Assembly: GCA_030152265.1 (NCBI GenBank) | Contig: JASLHQ010000115.1 | Coordinates: forward strand, 1-38,029 | DNA from: Savagea sp. | GTDB taxonomy: Bacteria > Bacillota > Bacilli > Bacillales_A > Planococcaceae | Direction: 5' to 3' | DNA: 38,029 nt | Shown here: piece after piece, positions 36,502 through 38,029 of the stretch | Layout: the number at the start of each line of letters is the position of its first letter | Numbering within the stretch: the first letter of the stretch is position 1 | Translations under genes and position numbers: made by a program | The notes under the pieces: model-generated | Databases searched by the model: none | Seen by the model: only the letters and a program-made list of their open reading frames with translations | Told to the model about the DNA's origin: nothing

Positions 36502-38029
36502 TTACTTGTTTTTTGTCTTTTTCTTCTCTTCATCGATTAATACTCGACGTAAAATCTTACCGATTGCTGTTTTCGGTAAATCTTCTCTAAACTCATAATA
36601 ATGCGGAACTTTAAAAGCTGCAAGATGTTTTCGAGCAAATGTATTTAATTCTTTTTCAGTCACTTCATAACCTGGTCGCAAAACGATAAATGCCTTTACT
36701 GTTTCTCCGCGATACGGATCAGGTATACCAATGACAACGACTTCTTGCACTGCTTCGTGCTCATAAAATACTTCTTCAATTTCACGTGGATAAATATTAA
36801 AACCACCTGCAATGACCATATCTTTTTTACGGTCGACGATATAAAAGTATCCATCTTCGTCCATATAGCCGAGATCTCCTGTTAAAAGCCAACCGTCGCG
36901 GAATGTCTCCTCCGTATCTTGAGGGCGATTCCAATAACCTTTCATCACTTGCGGACCTTTAATCGCAATTTCGCCAACATATTCCGAACCGACTGCATCA
37001 CTATCATGCGGACCTAAAATACAAGCATCTGTATTTGGCCACGGTACACCGATTGAACCGACTCGGTCTTGTTCTTGCCAGACGAAGTTCGCATGCGTGA
37101 CAGGAGAAGTTTCTGTCAAACCATAACCTTCTACAAGTCGTCCACCTGTTAATTGCTCAAATTTCTTTTTCACTTCAACTGGAAGTGGTGCTGATCCACT
37201 AATGCAGGCTTCAATAGACGATAAATTATATTTCTCAATTTTTGGATTATTGAGTAAACCGATATATATCGTTGGTGCTCCCGGGAAAAATGTCGGTTTT
37301 TGCTTCTCTATTACTTTCAATACTTCTTCTGATTTAAATTGAGGCATTAAGACCATCTTATAATGTTGCATAACAGAAAGCAACAGAACAGTCGTCATTC
37401 CGTATACGTGGAACAACGGAATCACTCCGAGTACGACTTCCTTACCTTTTTCTGACTTATAAAGCCAAGCGTTACACATCGAAACATTCGCTACTAAGTT
37501 TTCATGTGTGAGCATAACGCCTTTCGGTGGACCTGTTGTTCCTCCTGTATATTGTAAAACGGCAACATCATCAAAAGCGAAATCATATTCTGTCAATTCA
37601 CCTTGTTCTTGTTCAACAATTTGTTTGAAATCCGAAATTTGGGAGTCTTTCGGAAAATCGACAATCACTTTCGTCTTCTTACGTTCTATGGAAGGGTAAA
37701 TTTTGTTTTTAGGGAATGGTAAATAATCTTCTACCCCTGTCGTAATAACATGTTCTAACTCTGTTCGTTGACGAATATTAGCCACTCTAGGATAAAGCGC
37801 TTTCAACGTAATGATTGCTTTCGCTCCTGAATCTTGTAATTGATATTCAAGCTCACGTTCCGTATAGAGTGGATTCGTTTGGACGACAATCGCTCCCGCA
37901 TACAATACACCGTAAAAAGCGATTGCAGCTTGTGGAGTATTCGGTAACATGATAGCGATTCGATCGCCTTTTTCAATTCCGACTTTTTGTAAATACGCTC
38001 CTAATCGCTTAGCTGAACGCATCATTTCG
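36502..38029 (-). CDS. lcfA: Long-chain fatty-acid--CoA ligase, 5'-truncated by the window edge
   Basis: QYTGGTTGPPKG, EGYGLTE and TAIGKILRR motifs; upstream of fadR; frame is open to the window end. Confidence 0.9.
   Translation of the reverse strand, partial: EMMRSAKRLGAYLQKVGIEKGDRIAIMLPNTPQAAIAFYGVLYAGAIVVQTNPLYTERELEYQLQDSGAKAIITLKALYPRVANIRQRTELEHVITTGVEDYLPFPKNKIYPSIERKKTKVIVDFPKDSQISDFKQIVEQEQGELTEYDFAFDDVAVLQYTGGTTGPPKGVMLTHENLVANVSMCNAWLYKSEKGKEVVLGVIPLFHVYGMTTVLLLSVMQHYKMVLMPQFKSEEVLKVIEKQKPTFFPGAPTIYIGLLNNPKIEKYNLSSIEACISGSAPLPVEVKKKFEQLTGGRLVEGYGLTETSPVTHANFVWQEQDRVGSIGVPWPNTDACILGPHDSDAVGSEYVGEIAIKGPQVMKGYWNRPQDTEETFRDGWLLTGDLGYMDEDGYFYIVDRKKDMVIAGGFNIYPREIEEVFYEHEAVQEVVVIGIPDPYRGETVKAFIVLRPGYEVTEKELNTFARKHLAAFKVPHYYEFREDLPKTAIGKILRRVLIDEEKKKTKNK

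Noticed and set aside
1231..37699. Many short antisense or alternate-frame ORFs in the track (e.g. 1231-1713, 2573-3004, 12901-13293, 32555-32989)
   Set aside because: They lie within well-supported genes and show no recognisable motifs; they are shadow ORFs.
1..38029. CRISPR arrays, tandem repeat arrays, defence systems, frameshifted pseudogenes
   Set aside because: None seen. Intergenic regions are short and largely explained, and all recognised genes look full length except the two cut by the window edges.

Overview
Low-GC Gram-positive chromosomal segment. Gene order and protein style point to Bacillales, probably Caryophanaceae/Planococcaceae (inference). Almost all genes are on the minus strand. 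The right half is the conserved Bacillus block lcfA-fadR-fadB-etfBA-trxA-uvrC-(yslB)-sdhCAB-ysmA-ysmB-racE-rph-rdgB-ysnB-tRNA-Arg(UCU), but gerE, gerM and lysC are missing from their usual positions. A six-gene operon is inserted between sdhB and ysmA: ACAD10/11-type acyl-CoA dehydrogenase, SDR, TetR, APH-fold kinase, ComB-fold phosphatase and acyl-CoA ligase. It looks like a split bacterial ACAD10/11 or lva-type 4-hydroxy/4-oxo-acid catabolic system with a non-homologous phosphatase, and is the best candidate for an undescribed system. It has TetR operators and an RBS-sequestering hairpin in front of the kinase. Left of the tRNA lie accessory catabolic genes: chrA, a FadR-boxed NMO-family flavoprotein plus 3-hydroxyacyl-CoA dehydrogenase, a TetR/CcpA-linked yngJIHGFE-type leucine degradation operon, a PurR-boxed NCS2 permease plus PRTase, a MITE-like palindromic element, a YjiH transporter and the 5' end of a family III CoA-transferase. 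No CRISPR array, prophage or intact transposase was seen. All product calls come from motif recognition and synteny, not from database searches.
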